Shown: one piece after another, positions 1-8,466 of the stretch
Layout: each line of letters begins with the position of its first letter
Numbering within the stretch: the stretch's first letter is position 1
From: an uncultured Candidatus Saccharibacteria bacterium
GTDB taxonomy: Bacteria > Patescibacteriota > WWE3 > JAUXAW01 > CAYREW01
NCBI GenBank assembly: GCA_964423535.1
Contig: CAYREW010000003.1
Coordinates: forward strand, 1 to 29,617
DNA length: 29,617 nucleotides
Direction of reading: 5' to 3'
The notes under the pieces: model-generated
The model's database searches: none
The model's input: the letters and a program-made list of their open reading frames with translations, nothing else
Told to the model about the DNA's origin: nothing
Program-made: the position numbers and the translations under genes

Positions 1-43
1 AGGTGCCGAACCGGGCCGTCGATATGGACTCTCGGGCCCGACT

Positions 44-77
<34 letters not shown>

Positions 78-619
78 GCCACAGCCCTTCCTAGAGGTGC
101 TGTGGGATCACTAAGACCAGCTTTCGCTTCTGCTTGATCCGTCAATCTTACAGTTAAGCCGGTTTATGCCTTTGCACTTACAGCGTGATTTCCATCCACG
201 CTAAACCGACCTTTGTGCGCCTGGGATACTCTTTTCCAGGCGACCGCCCCAGCCAAACTACCTCCCAGACGGTGTCCTCCCATCTTGATATAAAGATGGC
301 AGTGAGGCGCAGAAGTCACGAAGGTGGGTATTTCACTGGCGGCTCTGTTCCGACCGAAATCGGAACTTCAAAGCCTCCCCACTATGCTACGCAGCGCAAC
401 CGCTGAACCAACATCAAGTCGTAGTAAAGCTCCCGGGGTCTTTTCGTCCTGCGATGGGTAGGCCGCATCTTCACAGCCAATTCAAATTCACCGAGTCGGT
501 GGTCAAGACAGTGCTCAAGTCGTTAAGCCCTTCGTGCAGGCCGGAACTTACCCGGCAAGGGACCACGCTACCTTTGGACGATTAAGGTTATCGCCGCCAT
601 TCACCAGAGCTTCGATTCC

Positions 620-733
620 CCGCCCGCAGGGCGGGAAATTCCAAATCCCAAAATCCAAATCCCAAAATAAGGAAATTACCTTAATTTGAAAATTGTAAAT
701 TGAAAATTGTAAATTCCCTGTCCTACGGACAGG
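620..733 (-). repeat. Insert in 23S H68 variable arm (114 nt)
   Basis: Replaces about 30 nt near E. coli 1860-1880; hairpins ccgccc-gca-gggcgg and cctgtcc-tac-ggacagg flank an AT-rich 7-mer-periodic core. Confidence 0.85.
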
Positions 734-846
734 TCCTCTTAACTTGCTGGCATTGGGCAGGCTTCAGCCCCTATACATCAGCTTGCGCTTTAGCAGAGAC
801 CTGTGTTTTTGATAAACAGTCGCTTGAGCCATTTCTGTGCCCCCCA

Positions 847-1031
847 CCTCACACTCCGCGCGAGGAAATCCTAAATCCTAAATCCGAAGCTCCAAACTGT
901 TAAATCTAGAGCTGTAAACAAAACCGTTTCAAAATCTAAATACTGCTTGTTTAGTATTTTAAATTTTGTATTTCGAATTTGTTTGGAAATTAGGGTTTCG
1001 TGCTTAGAATTTCCTTGTGCGAAGCACAAGG
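847..1031 (-). repeat. Insert in 23S H63 (185 nt), family A
   Basis: Between conserved H62/H64 flanks; twin terminal hairpins; 147-nt core nearly identical to 2830-2996. Confidence 0.9.
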
Positions 1032-1571
1032 AAGGGCTGCCTTTTCCCAAAGTTACGGCAGTAATTTGCCTAGTTCCTTAACCACCGTTATCTCGCTCGC
1101 CTTAGAATACTCTTCTTGTCTACCTGTGGCGGTTTGCGGTACGGATTTATTATTTCTATAGCTTAGAGGCTTTTCTCGGAGACTTAACGCAGTAGAATCC
1201 CCCGACAAGTCGGAGTCTTCCACAGCTCGCTTTAAACGCAGGTGCGGATTTACCTACACCCACTAACTTGCTGCTTAAACGGCCAACCATATGGCCGCTC
1301 TACTTATCAAGTCCCGTCACCCCATCAGCAAAAATAATAAAGTAACGGAATATTAACCGTTTGCCCATCAGCTACCCCCCACCTGAAGCGGGGACTTGCC
1401 TTAGGACCGACTAACCCTACGTCGACGAACGTTGCGTAGGAAACCTTAGACTTTCGGCGATCCGGATTCTCACCGGATTTACACGTTACTCATGCCGGCA
1501 TTCTCACTTCTTAGCGCTCCAGACAAACTCACATTTGTCCTTCACCGCCCTAAGAACGCTCCCCTACCACA

Positions 1572-1732
1572 CCGCTGCGCAGCAGCGGAAATCCGAAACC
1601 CTAAACCCTAAGAACCAAATAAATACTAAAAACTAAACAACAATTCTTTTTTTTAGAATTTAGTGTTTCTTGTTTTGAGTTTATTTGGAACTTATAATTT
1701 CGAATTTCGTGCTTCCCGATGCTACGCATCGG
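1572..1732 (-). repeat. Intervening sequence in 23S H45 (161 nt)
   Basis: At the classical IVS site near E. coli 1170; ccgctgc-gca-gcagcgg and ccgatgc-tac-gcatcgg flank an AT-rich imperfect hairpin. Confidence 0.9.
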
Positions 1733-1792
1733 TATCCGCGACTTCGGTACAGAGCTTAAGCCCCGTTGAATTTTCGGCGCAGAAATACCAAG

Positions 1793-1825
<33 letters not shown>

Positions 1826-2369
1826 ATGGCTGCCTCTAGGCCAACCTCCTGGCTGTCTAAGTATTTCTACCTCCTTTTCCACTGAGCTCTGATTTAAGGA
1901 CCTTAGTCGGCGATCTGGGATGTTTCCCTTTTGACACATGGAACTTAGCTCCCATGGCCTGACTAGCACACACACTTTTAGGCATTCGGAGTTTGGTAGG
2001 ATGGAATACCTCTCACGAGGCTTCGCATCCTTCCAGTAGCTCTACCTCCTAAAAGCTTAAGTGTACCGCTAGCCCAAAAACTATTTCGGGGAGAGCCAGC
2101 TATCTCCAGGTTCGATTGGCATATTACCACTACCCTCAGCTCATCCAAAGCTTTTGCCTTAGCTAATGGTTCGGACCTCCCTCCGATTTTCATCAGAGTT
2201 CATCCTGGCCAAGGGTAGATCACCTGGTTTCGGGTCTGTACTCAGCTGTCTGCAGTAAACTGCACCCCCTGTTAAGAGTCGCTTTCGCTACGCCTTCGCC
2301 ACTAAAATGGCTTAGACTAAACAGGCTGAATACAACTCGCCGGCTCATTCTTCAATAGGCACAACATCA

Positions 2370-2505
2370 CCTCGCGCGCAGCGCGAGGAAATCAACTTTT
2401 TCTGCCGCCAGAAGCGGCAATCGTAAGAGACCTAAGATTCTTAAGTATCTTACGAGTTTCGACTTACATCGAAACAAGTGAGATTTCCTTGTGCTACGCA
2501 CAAGG
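2370..2505 (-). repeat. Intervening sequence in 23S H25 (136 nt), family B
   Basis: At the classical IVS site near E. coli 550; twin hairpins; 98-nt core nearly identical to 3122-3219. Confidence 0.9.
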
Positions 2506-2556
2506 CTTTGTCAGCTTGTAAGCAAATGGTTTCAGGTTCTATTTCACTCCCCTCCC

Positions 2557-2602
<46 letters not shown>

Positions 2603-2810
2603 GCTAAAAGTATTTAGCCTTGGGCCTAGGTCGGCCCTGTTTCCCACAAGATTTCTCGGGTCCCGTGGTACTCAGGAAACATTGCAAGAAGTTCAGTTAC
2701 CTTTCGAATACGGGGCTGTTGCCCTCTATGGCCTTGTTTTCCAACAAGTTCTTCTAGGTAACTAAATTTGTAACTTCTTTGATATTAAAATCTAGCAATG
2801 TCCTACAACA

Positions 2811-3015
2811 CCTCGCCCTACGGGCGAGGAAATCCTAAATCCTAAATCCCTGCCTGCCGGCAGGCAGGCGAAGCTCCAAACTGTTTAATCTGGAGCTGTA
2901 AACAAACCCGTTTCAAAATATCAACAATAATTGTTTAGTATTTTGAATTTTGTATTTCGAATTTGTTTGGAAATTAGGGTTTCGTGCTTAGAATTTCCTT
3001 GTCCGTAGGACAAGG
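2811..3015 (-). repeat. Insert in 23S H15/H16 region (205 nt), family A plus a 20-bp palindrome
   Basis: Near E. coli 270; same core as 866-1012 plus cctgcctgccggcaggcagg at 2849-2868. Confidence 0.88.
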
Positions 3016-3103
3016 TTTGGGCTTTTCCCTGTTCACTCGCCGCTACTTAGGGAATTTTTTCTTTTCCTTAGCCTACTTGGATGTTTCAGTTCGACTGGTT
3101 CCT

Positions 3104-3236
3104 CCCGCGCGCTGCGCACGAAAATCAACTTTTTCTGCCGCCAGAAGCGGCAGTCGTAAGAAACATAAGATTCTTAAGTATCTTACGAGTTTCGACTCAC
3201 ATCGAAACAGGTTGCATTTCCGTGTGCAACGCACGG
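3104..3236 (-). repeat. Insert in 23S H10 (about 133 nt), family B
   Basis: Between H9 and conserved GAACTGAAACATC; core matches the H25 insert. Confidence 0.85.
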
Positions 3237-3436
3237 CACCCGTGCTTGCACACGGGTAGGTTTCCCCATTCGGAAATCCTCGGATAATAATGCTTGCGGT
3301 AGCTCTCCGAGGCGTATCGTTGTATCCGCCACGTCCTTCATCAGCTTTTAGCGCCTAGGCATCCACCATTTGCCTTAAAATAAACGGACTACCCATTAAA
3401 CAAACACATTAAATATGTTTGTTAATGTTCTGTTCA

Positions 3437-3449
3437 GTTGTTAATGTGC
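3437..3449 (-). promoter_or_regulatory. boxA-like antitermination site before 23S
   Basis: GCACATTAACAAC; 12/13 identical to the leader copy at 7191-7203 and similar to boxA consensus TGCTCTTTAACA. Confidence 0.6.
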
Positions 3450-3529
3450 TAAATAATAATTACACTGAAACACAAAATTTCAGTGCAAGCCTAAACCTTA
3501 AAATAGATTTAAGGCTTAGTCTTCTTTTT

Positions 3530-3659
3530 GCCCTGCCCTCCTACGCATCGCTTGCCTACGGCAAGAAAAGCTTCGGCGGGCATCCTTCGCCCTAAGAACA
3601 TCGGTGGCGAAGGCCATCCTCCGGATGGCCTGCCATCCGAAGCCCGTAAGGGCGTAGGA
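3530..3659. repeat. REP-like palindrome cluster downstream of tRNA-Ala
   Basis: Hairpins cttgcc-tac-ggcaag, cggatggc/gccatccg, gccc-gtaa-gggc; 3621-3664 is identical to 4059-4102. Confidence 0.7.
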
Positions 3660-3734
3660 TGGTGGAGACGCCGGGATTTGAACCCGGGACCCCCACGATG
3701 CAAACGTGGTGCTCTTCCACTGAGCTACGTCCCC
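3660..3734 (-). tRNA. tRNA-Ala(TGC)
   Basis: 75-nt cloverleaf, G3:U70, anticodon TGC, encoded CCA. Confidence 0.97.
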
Positions 3735-3948
3735 TTAATTATCTACAAACAAGCCACAAACCCGCTCCGACAAGCGAAGCTTCGTCTGAGCTACGTCCCC
3801 GTAACAATAATTGGGTGCAAACAAAAACTGCTGGTTTTTCCAGCAGCGTAAAAAACATAACTAAGCAGTCTATAAAACTAAATCGGTTTAAGCACAAAAT
3901 TCCCGAAGAAGAAATACCTGTTAGTTAATTTTCTACGCATGTGTTTAA

Positions 3949-3977
3949 AGATTATCATCCGAAAAAAGCGGTGTCAA
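3949..3977 (-). promoter_or_regulatory. Internal sigma70-type promoter upstream of tRNA-Ala/23S
   Basis: TTGACA-17 nt-TAATCT with a TG extended -10. Confidence 0.65.
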
Positions 3978-3992
3978 TAGCACAAAAAAGCG

Positions 3993-4016
3993 AAAAAAAG
4001 ACGCCCTGTTAGGCGT
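3993..4016 (-). terminator. Putative intrinsic terminator after tRNA-Ile
   Basis: ACGCC-TAACAG-GGCGT followed by C and 7 T; short stem. Confidence 0.5.
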
Positions 4017-4097
4017 TATTGGTTATGTTTTGGATGGGTCCAGTACGCTTGCCCTCCCCCGGATGGCCTGCCATCCGAAGCCCGTAAGGGCGTAGGA

Positions 4098-4174
<77 letters not shown>

Positions 4175-4294
4175 ACAAACCTTGATCAAAACAGAGAAAA
4201 GTGCTCCCGCCTCACCAGCGGGTCGCCGATGCGGCAACTAAACCACTGAGCTACGAGCCCTAAGTATTTTTCCCTTGCAGGAAAAAAACTTATA

Positions 4295-4319
4295 AATGAA
4301 TTCTAAAAAGCGGGAAGAT
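4295..4319 (-). other. 3' arm of 16S processing stem (pairs with 7143-7167)
   Basis: aatgaattctaaaaagcgggaagat is 23/25 complementary to atcttcccgcttttcaaaattcatt. Confidence 0.75.
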
Positions 4320-4936
4320 GACGCAGTGTTTTAAACACTGCAATAGTCCTTTTTGAAGCATGTCAAAAATGACGACAATTATAAAAATTGCAGTTAATGT
4401 CATAAATGACATCGCTTCGTGGAAAAAACTCCCTAGAAAGGAGGTGATCCAGCCGCTCCTTCCAGAACGGCTACCTTGTTACAACTTACCCCTGATCACT
4501 GACCCTGCCTTAGCCCGCCTGCTGGCGGTTTTCGGGCAGTTTCAGCTTTCCTGGGCTGATGGGCGGTGTGTACAAGGCTCGAGAACGTATTCACCGCCGT
4601 ATGGCTGACCGGCGATTACTAGCGATTCCGACTTCATGAAGGCGAATTTCAGCCTTCAATCCGAACTGAGACCGCTTTTGAGGATTAGCTCCGCTTCACA
4701 GCTTGGCTACCCATTGTAGCGGCCATTGTAGCACGTGTGTCGCCCAGGGCATAAGGGCAATACTGACTTGACGTCGTCCCCACCTTCCTCCCCGTTGCCG
4801 GGGCAGTTCCGCTAGAGTGATACAACTAGCAGTAGGGGTTGCGATCGTTATAGGACTTAACCATACGCCTCACGGCACGAGCTGACGACCATGTTACCTG
4901 TTATTACTAACAGCACTGACTATACCATCATCCCAA

Positions 4937-5069
4937 TCGCGCCACGCGCGAAAATACGAAACCCTAAATCCGAAATCCGAAACAAAAAAAGCAGATTATT
5001 AAAAAACCACAATTCCATAAATTTCGTATTTCGATATTCGTGTTTCTTATTTCCGATGCGAAGCATCGG
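4937..5069 (-). repeat. Twin-hairpin AT-rich insert inside intron P8 loop
   Basis: cgcgc-cac-gcgcg and ccgatgc-gaa-gcatcgg flank an aaatccg-periodic core, enclosed by P8 tccca (4931-4935)/tggga (5071-5075). Confidence 0.8.
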
Positions 5070-5159
5070 CTGGGAGTTCGGCGTGTTATGGGTAAAAACC
5101 CATCTTCATTTACCAATAACCTCCGATTAAAGGTCTAGTAAAATCAAGTCGATACGGGG

Positions 5160-5807
5160 CTAAGGAAGCTTACCGTTATTTTGGACCTTAACAGAAAAAG
5201 GCCTTATTGATTTCAGAAATTTTTCTGAAATCTGCCATCCAAAATAGAGACAGTAGGTACCGGAAAAACCGTACTTGTAAATAACTGCCTCATAACCAAC
5301 ACTACCAACTATATCTTTATCCATCTCTGCCTCTCTTCTATTCTTGTACACGATCCTACAGTCAGATTTTAAATCTGAAGATACAGAACCATCGCCATCG
5401 AAACGCCCTCCAAAGAAAGCGCAGATGTCCCCTTTTTCTAGCAAAAAACTAGAACGAAGTTGTTCCCAACTTTTAAGACACCTTAAAAAAGGACGAGAAT
5501 TAACATATAGCTGAAATGCCGGTTGTGTGTGCTTATTACCTTTGCAGATTGAAGATTTAACCGCCTGTAAATTAGACGGTAAAACCTTTTTATTAAAAGA
5601 AATGTCTGTAGGCAAATAGACTCTGAGACGAAGCCGAGACAAAGTAAATTGCCTCAACAACAAATCAGAAAATCGTTCTAATAATGGTACTGAAACCGTT
5701 GTAATCCCTACACTACTGCTCCAATAATATTTGTCAGCACACCATAAACCCAAACAGTAAAAATCACTGTCTGTTTTCGCTTCCCAGCTTCCCACGGTAT
5801 TGTCCAT
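5160..5807 (-). CDS. Intron-encoded LAGLIDADG homing endonuclease (two-motif type)
   Basis: Motifs FYCLGLWCADKY and AFFGGRFDGDGSV; lies in the P6 loop of the intron. Confidence 0.88.
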   Translation of the reverse strand: MDNTVGSWEAKTDSDFYCLGLWCADKYYWSSSVGITTVSVPLLERFSDLLLRQFTLSRLRLRVYLPTDISFNKKVLPSNLQAVKSSICKGNKHTQPAFQLYVNSRPFLRCLKSWEQLRSSFLLEKGDICAFFGGRFDGDGSVSSDLKSDCRIVYKNRREAEMDKDIVGSVGYEAVIYKYGFSGTYCLYFGWQISEKFLKSIRPFSVKVQNNGKLP

Positions 5808-5998
5808 TAGATTTAGAATAAACTAAAACTAGGTTGGAGTCCACCGTTATGAGCCGAATTTGCTCCGACAGTTACCCGTCGGAGGGCCAATCGTCAATTA
5901 GCCATGCAACACCTGTTCCGACACCCCGATATAAAATCGGGGAAACCTCCTTTCAGAGGCGGTCGTCGGAATGTCAAGCCCTGGTAAGATTCTTCGGT

Positions 5999-6036
<38 letters not shown>

Positions 6037-6037
6037 A

Positions 6038-6071
<34 letters not shown>

Positions 6072-6722
6072 ACCGTACTCCCCAGGCGGGATACTTAACG
6101 CGTTAGCTTCGACAATGAGTCCGACAAAATCGAACCCATTACCCAGTATCCAACGTTTAGGGCTAGGACTACAGGGGTCTCTAATCCCTTTCGCTACCCT
6201 AGCTTTCGTACCTCAGCGTCAACATCGGGCCAGAAGGCTGCCTTCGCCTTTGGTGTTCCTCCGGAGATCATTGGATTTCACCCCTACTCCCGGAATTCCG
6301 CCTTCCCCTCCCGTGTTCAAGATAAATAGTTTTCTAGGCCTTTCCCCGGTTGAGCCGGGGTATTTGACCTAAAACTTATCTACCCGCCTACGTACTCTTT
6401 ACGCCCAGTAAGACCGGATAACGCTCGAGGCCTCCGTTTGACCGCTGCTGCTGGCACGAAGTTGGCAGCCTCTATTTAACAGGAGTTTACAACCCGAAGG
6501 CATTCATCCTCCACGCGGCGTCGCTGCGTCAGGGTTTCCCCCATTGCGCAAGATTCCTGATTGCTGCCACCCGTAGGTGTAGGGCCCGTGTTTCAGTGCC
6601 CTTGTGGCCGAACATCCTCTCAGACCGGCTACCCGTCATAGCCTTGGTGGGCCTTTACCTCACCAACAAGCTGATAGGCCGCGGGCCCGTCTCTGAGTAA
6701 AGGGTCTAAAGACCCTCCTTTA

Positions 6723-6884
6723 CTAGTTGAAGAACAAAACAGAGAAAAAGAATTACTAATTACTAATTTCTAATTACTAATGAAGTAACAAAATTGTGCG
6801 TTTCTACAAATAAAACCCTACAGGTTTCATTAGAAATTAGTTATTAGATATTAGAAATTTTTCCCCGCTTAGCTCTTCAACTAG
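6723..6884 (-). repeat. Insert in 16S h9: 11-bp stem plus 140-nt CTAATTW-periodic hairpin
   Basis: ctagttgaaga/tcttcaactag enclose inverted arms of ctaatta/ctaattt and ttagaaa/ttagata units. Confidence 0.85.
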
Positions 6885-7190
6885 ACCATGGTGTATTAGC
6901 CAACCTTTCGGCCGGTTATTCACCTCTCAGAGGTAGGTTCCCACGTGTTACTCACCCGTCCGCGACTATCCCGACACGAGGTCGGGACCGTTTCACTTGC
7001 ATACCTTAAGCACGCCGCCAGCGTTCATCCTGAGCCAAGATCAAACTCTTATAAAAAATACGAGTACTATATCTTAACGATAATACGCTAAAATAAAACT
7101 CTTAGAAATACAGCTGTAATTGACTATACAGCTGGTAAAAAAATCTTCCCGCTTTTCAAAATTCATTACATTAATATAAATTAAAAAGCT

Positions 7191-7203
7191 GTTGTTAAAG
7201 TGC
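7191..7203 (-). promoter_or_regulatory. boxA-like site in rrn leader
   Basis: GCACTTTAACAAC just downstream of the promoter. Confidence 0.7.
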
Positions 7204-7213
7204 GAGCATAGCT

Positions 7214-7243
7214 ATGCTATCAGAAAAGAAGGGCTAGTGTCAA
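7214..7243 (-). promoter_or_regulatory. rrn promoter
   Basis: TTGACA-18 nt-TAGCAT with a TG extended -10. Confidence 0.65.
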
Positions 7244-7271
7244 TGAGTACAAACAGCAATAAGGGGCATAC

Positions 7272-7375
7272 AATTACTAATTGCTAATTACTAATTTCTA
7301 ATTAATAAGGGTTTTTTCCTACTTGAAAGCGCAATCTCACTTATTAGAAATTAAATATTAGTAATTAGAAATTTA
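7272..7375. repeat. CTAATTW 7-mer inverted-repeat cassette at the pth stop
   Basis: Arms 7272-7309 and 7340-7375; same family as the 16S h9 insert. Confidence 0.8.
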
Positions 7376-7906
7376 ATAAATAAACTTACTCTCTATCTCT
7401 TCCGCAACTTCTTTAATTGTTCTGCGAATCAAGACCCGCTGTCCCCAGGGAAACTTTTCCAAAACATAATCTTCCACACTGCCAACAACAGGACTGCCAA
7501 TACCAATCCGAACACGGTAGAAATCTTTTGTATCCAACGCTTTAATTACTGATTCAACACCTTTGTGCCCAGCACTTGACCTGCCTTTCTGGATCACGTA
7601 CTTACCTGCCGGAAAATCAAGGTCATCGTGGACAAGACACAAATTATTAACAGCAATTTGGTATTTTTTAACTAACTGGCGTACAGCCAACCCTGACTTG
7701 TTCATATATGTAAGAGATTTGGCTAAAACAGCGTTTGTGTTTTTCAACTGATAACAGGTTGCTAATTTTTTGTAAACAGATGCATTAAGTTCCCTTCCCT
7801 CTTCACCAGCATTCTGCAACAAATTATCAATAACCATATAACCGATATTATGTCTCGTACCTTTATATTTTTCTCCCGGGTTACCTAAACCAACAATTAA
7901 ATTCAT
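7373..7906 (-). CDS. pth: Peptidyl-tRNA hydrolase
   Basis: LIVGLGNPG, TRHNIG, TYMNKSG, HDDLD, SAGHKG motifs. Confidence 0.97.
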   Translation of the reverse strand: MNLIVGLGNPGEKYKGTRHNIGYMVIDNLLQNAGEEGRELNASVYKKLATCYQLKNTNAVLAKSLTYMNKSGLAVRQLVKKYQIAVNNLCLVHDDLDFPAGKYVIQKGRSSAGHKGVESVIKALDTKDFYRVRIGIGSPVVGSVEDYVLEKFPWGQRVLIRRTIKEVAEEIESKFIY

Positions 7907-7945
7907 ACTCTTATTTTAGCATTTTAAAAACTTAAAGAGAAAAAC

Positions 7946-7978
7946 AAAAAACAGCCTGAATCAAACCAGGCTGTTTTT
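7946..7978 (-). terminator. Intrinsic terminator
   Basis: ACAGCCTG/CAGGCTGT stem with T-runs on both sides, downstream of 8010-8318. Confidence 0.7.
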
Positions 7979-8009
7979 AAGATTATTTCAAGTACGGAAA
8001 AACTGCACT

Positions 8010-8318
8010 TTATATATTAATCTTCTTAGCAATATTACTAACTATAGGTAGTTCATACTCTTCTCCAGAAAGTGCTTTAATAAATCCAACAACCATACCA
8101 ACAAAAACTACCAAATTCAGCAACCAACCAACAATAGGAATAAACCAAAGTAAAACAGAAACACCGAACAAAACAAGGCCCTGCTTAGCATGAAAAGCAA
8201 CAAAAGGATCTTCTTTTTTAAGCACAAGCATCACTATGGAAATTATCCAAACGTAGCTTAACGCAGCCATCAAATTGCTATCTTCAGGCGCTTCTGTATT
8301 TGTCTTTTCTTCAGCCAT
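8010..8318 (-). CDS. Small membrane protein, DUF4870-like
   Basis: AALSY, FVAFHAKQG and YELPIV patterns; three hydrophobic segments; SD AAGGAGGT. Confidence 0.8.
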   Translation of the reverse strand: MAEEKTNTEAPEDSNLMAALSYVWIISIVMLVLKKEDPFVAFHAKQGLVLFGVSVLLWFIPIVGWLLNLVVFVGMVVGFIKALSGEEYELPIVSNIAKKINI

Positions 8319-8466
8319 TATTTACCACCTCCTTAAAAGTAGTTAGTTTAATTATACATGAAAATAAATCACAAGAACATTAAAGCACCAAAACACTAGA
8401 ACAAAGGTACTGAAAAACTAAAGAACTAAAAAACAAATAACAGAAACTTGAAAATTGAAAATTAGT

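Larger units (their letters stand above)
4890..5899 (-). mobile_element. Group I intron (IA-like, 1010 nt) after 16S U1060
   Basis: Exons rejoin as GCATGGCT|GTCGTCAGC; terminal G; IGS GACGAUUGGCC (5885-5895) gives P1 with U:G and P10; P3 UUCGGC/GCCGAA; P7 UCGACU/AGUCA; P2 and P9 with GUAA loops; extra P7.1/P7.2 hairpins. Confidence 0.93.

Noticed and set aside
440-447. 23S A2057 as a macrolide-resistance allele
   Set aside because: A natural variant in many lineages; partner 2611 is outside the window; A2058 and A2059 are intact.
3509-3928. ORFs across tRNA-Ala and the spacer repeats
   Set aside because: They are translations of tRNA and palindromes.
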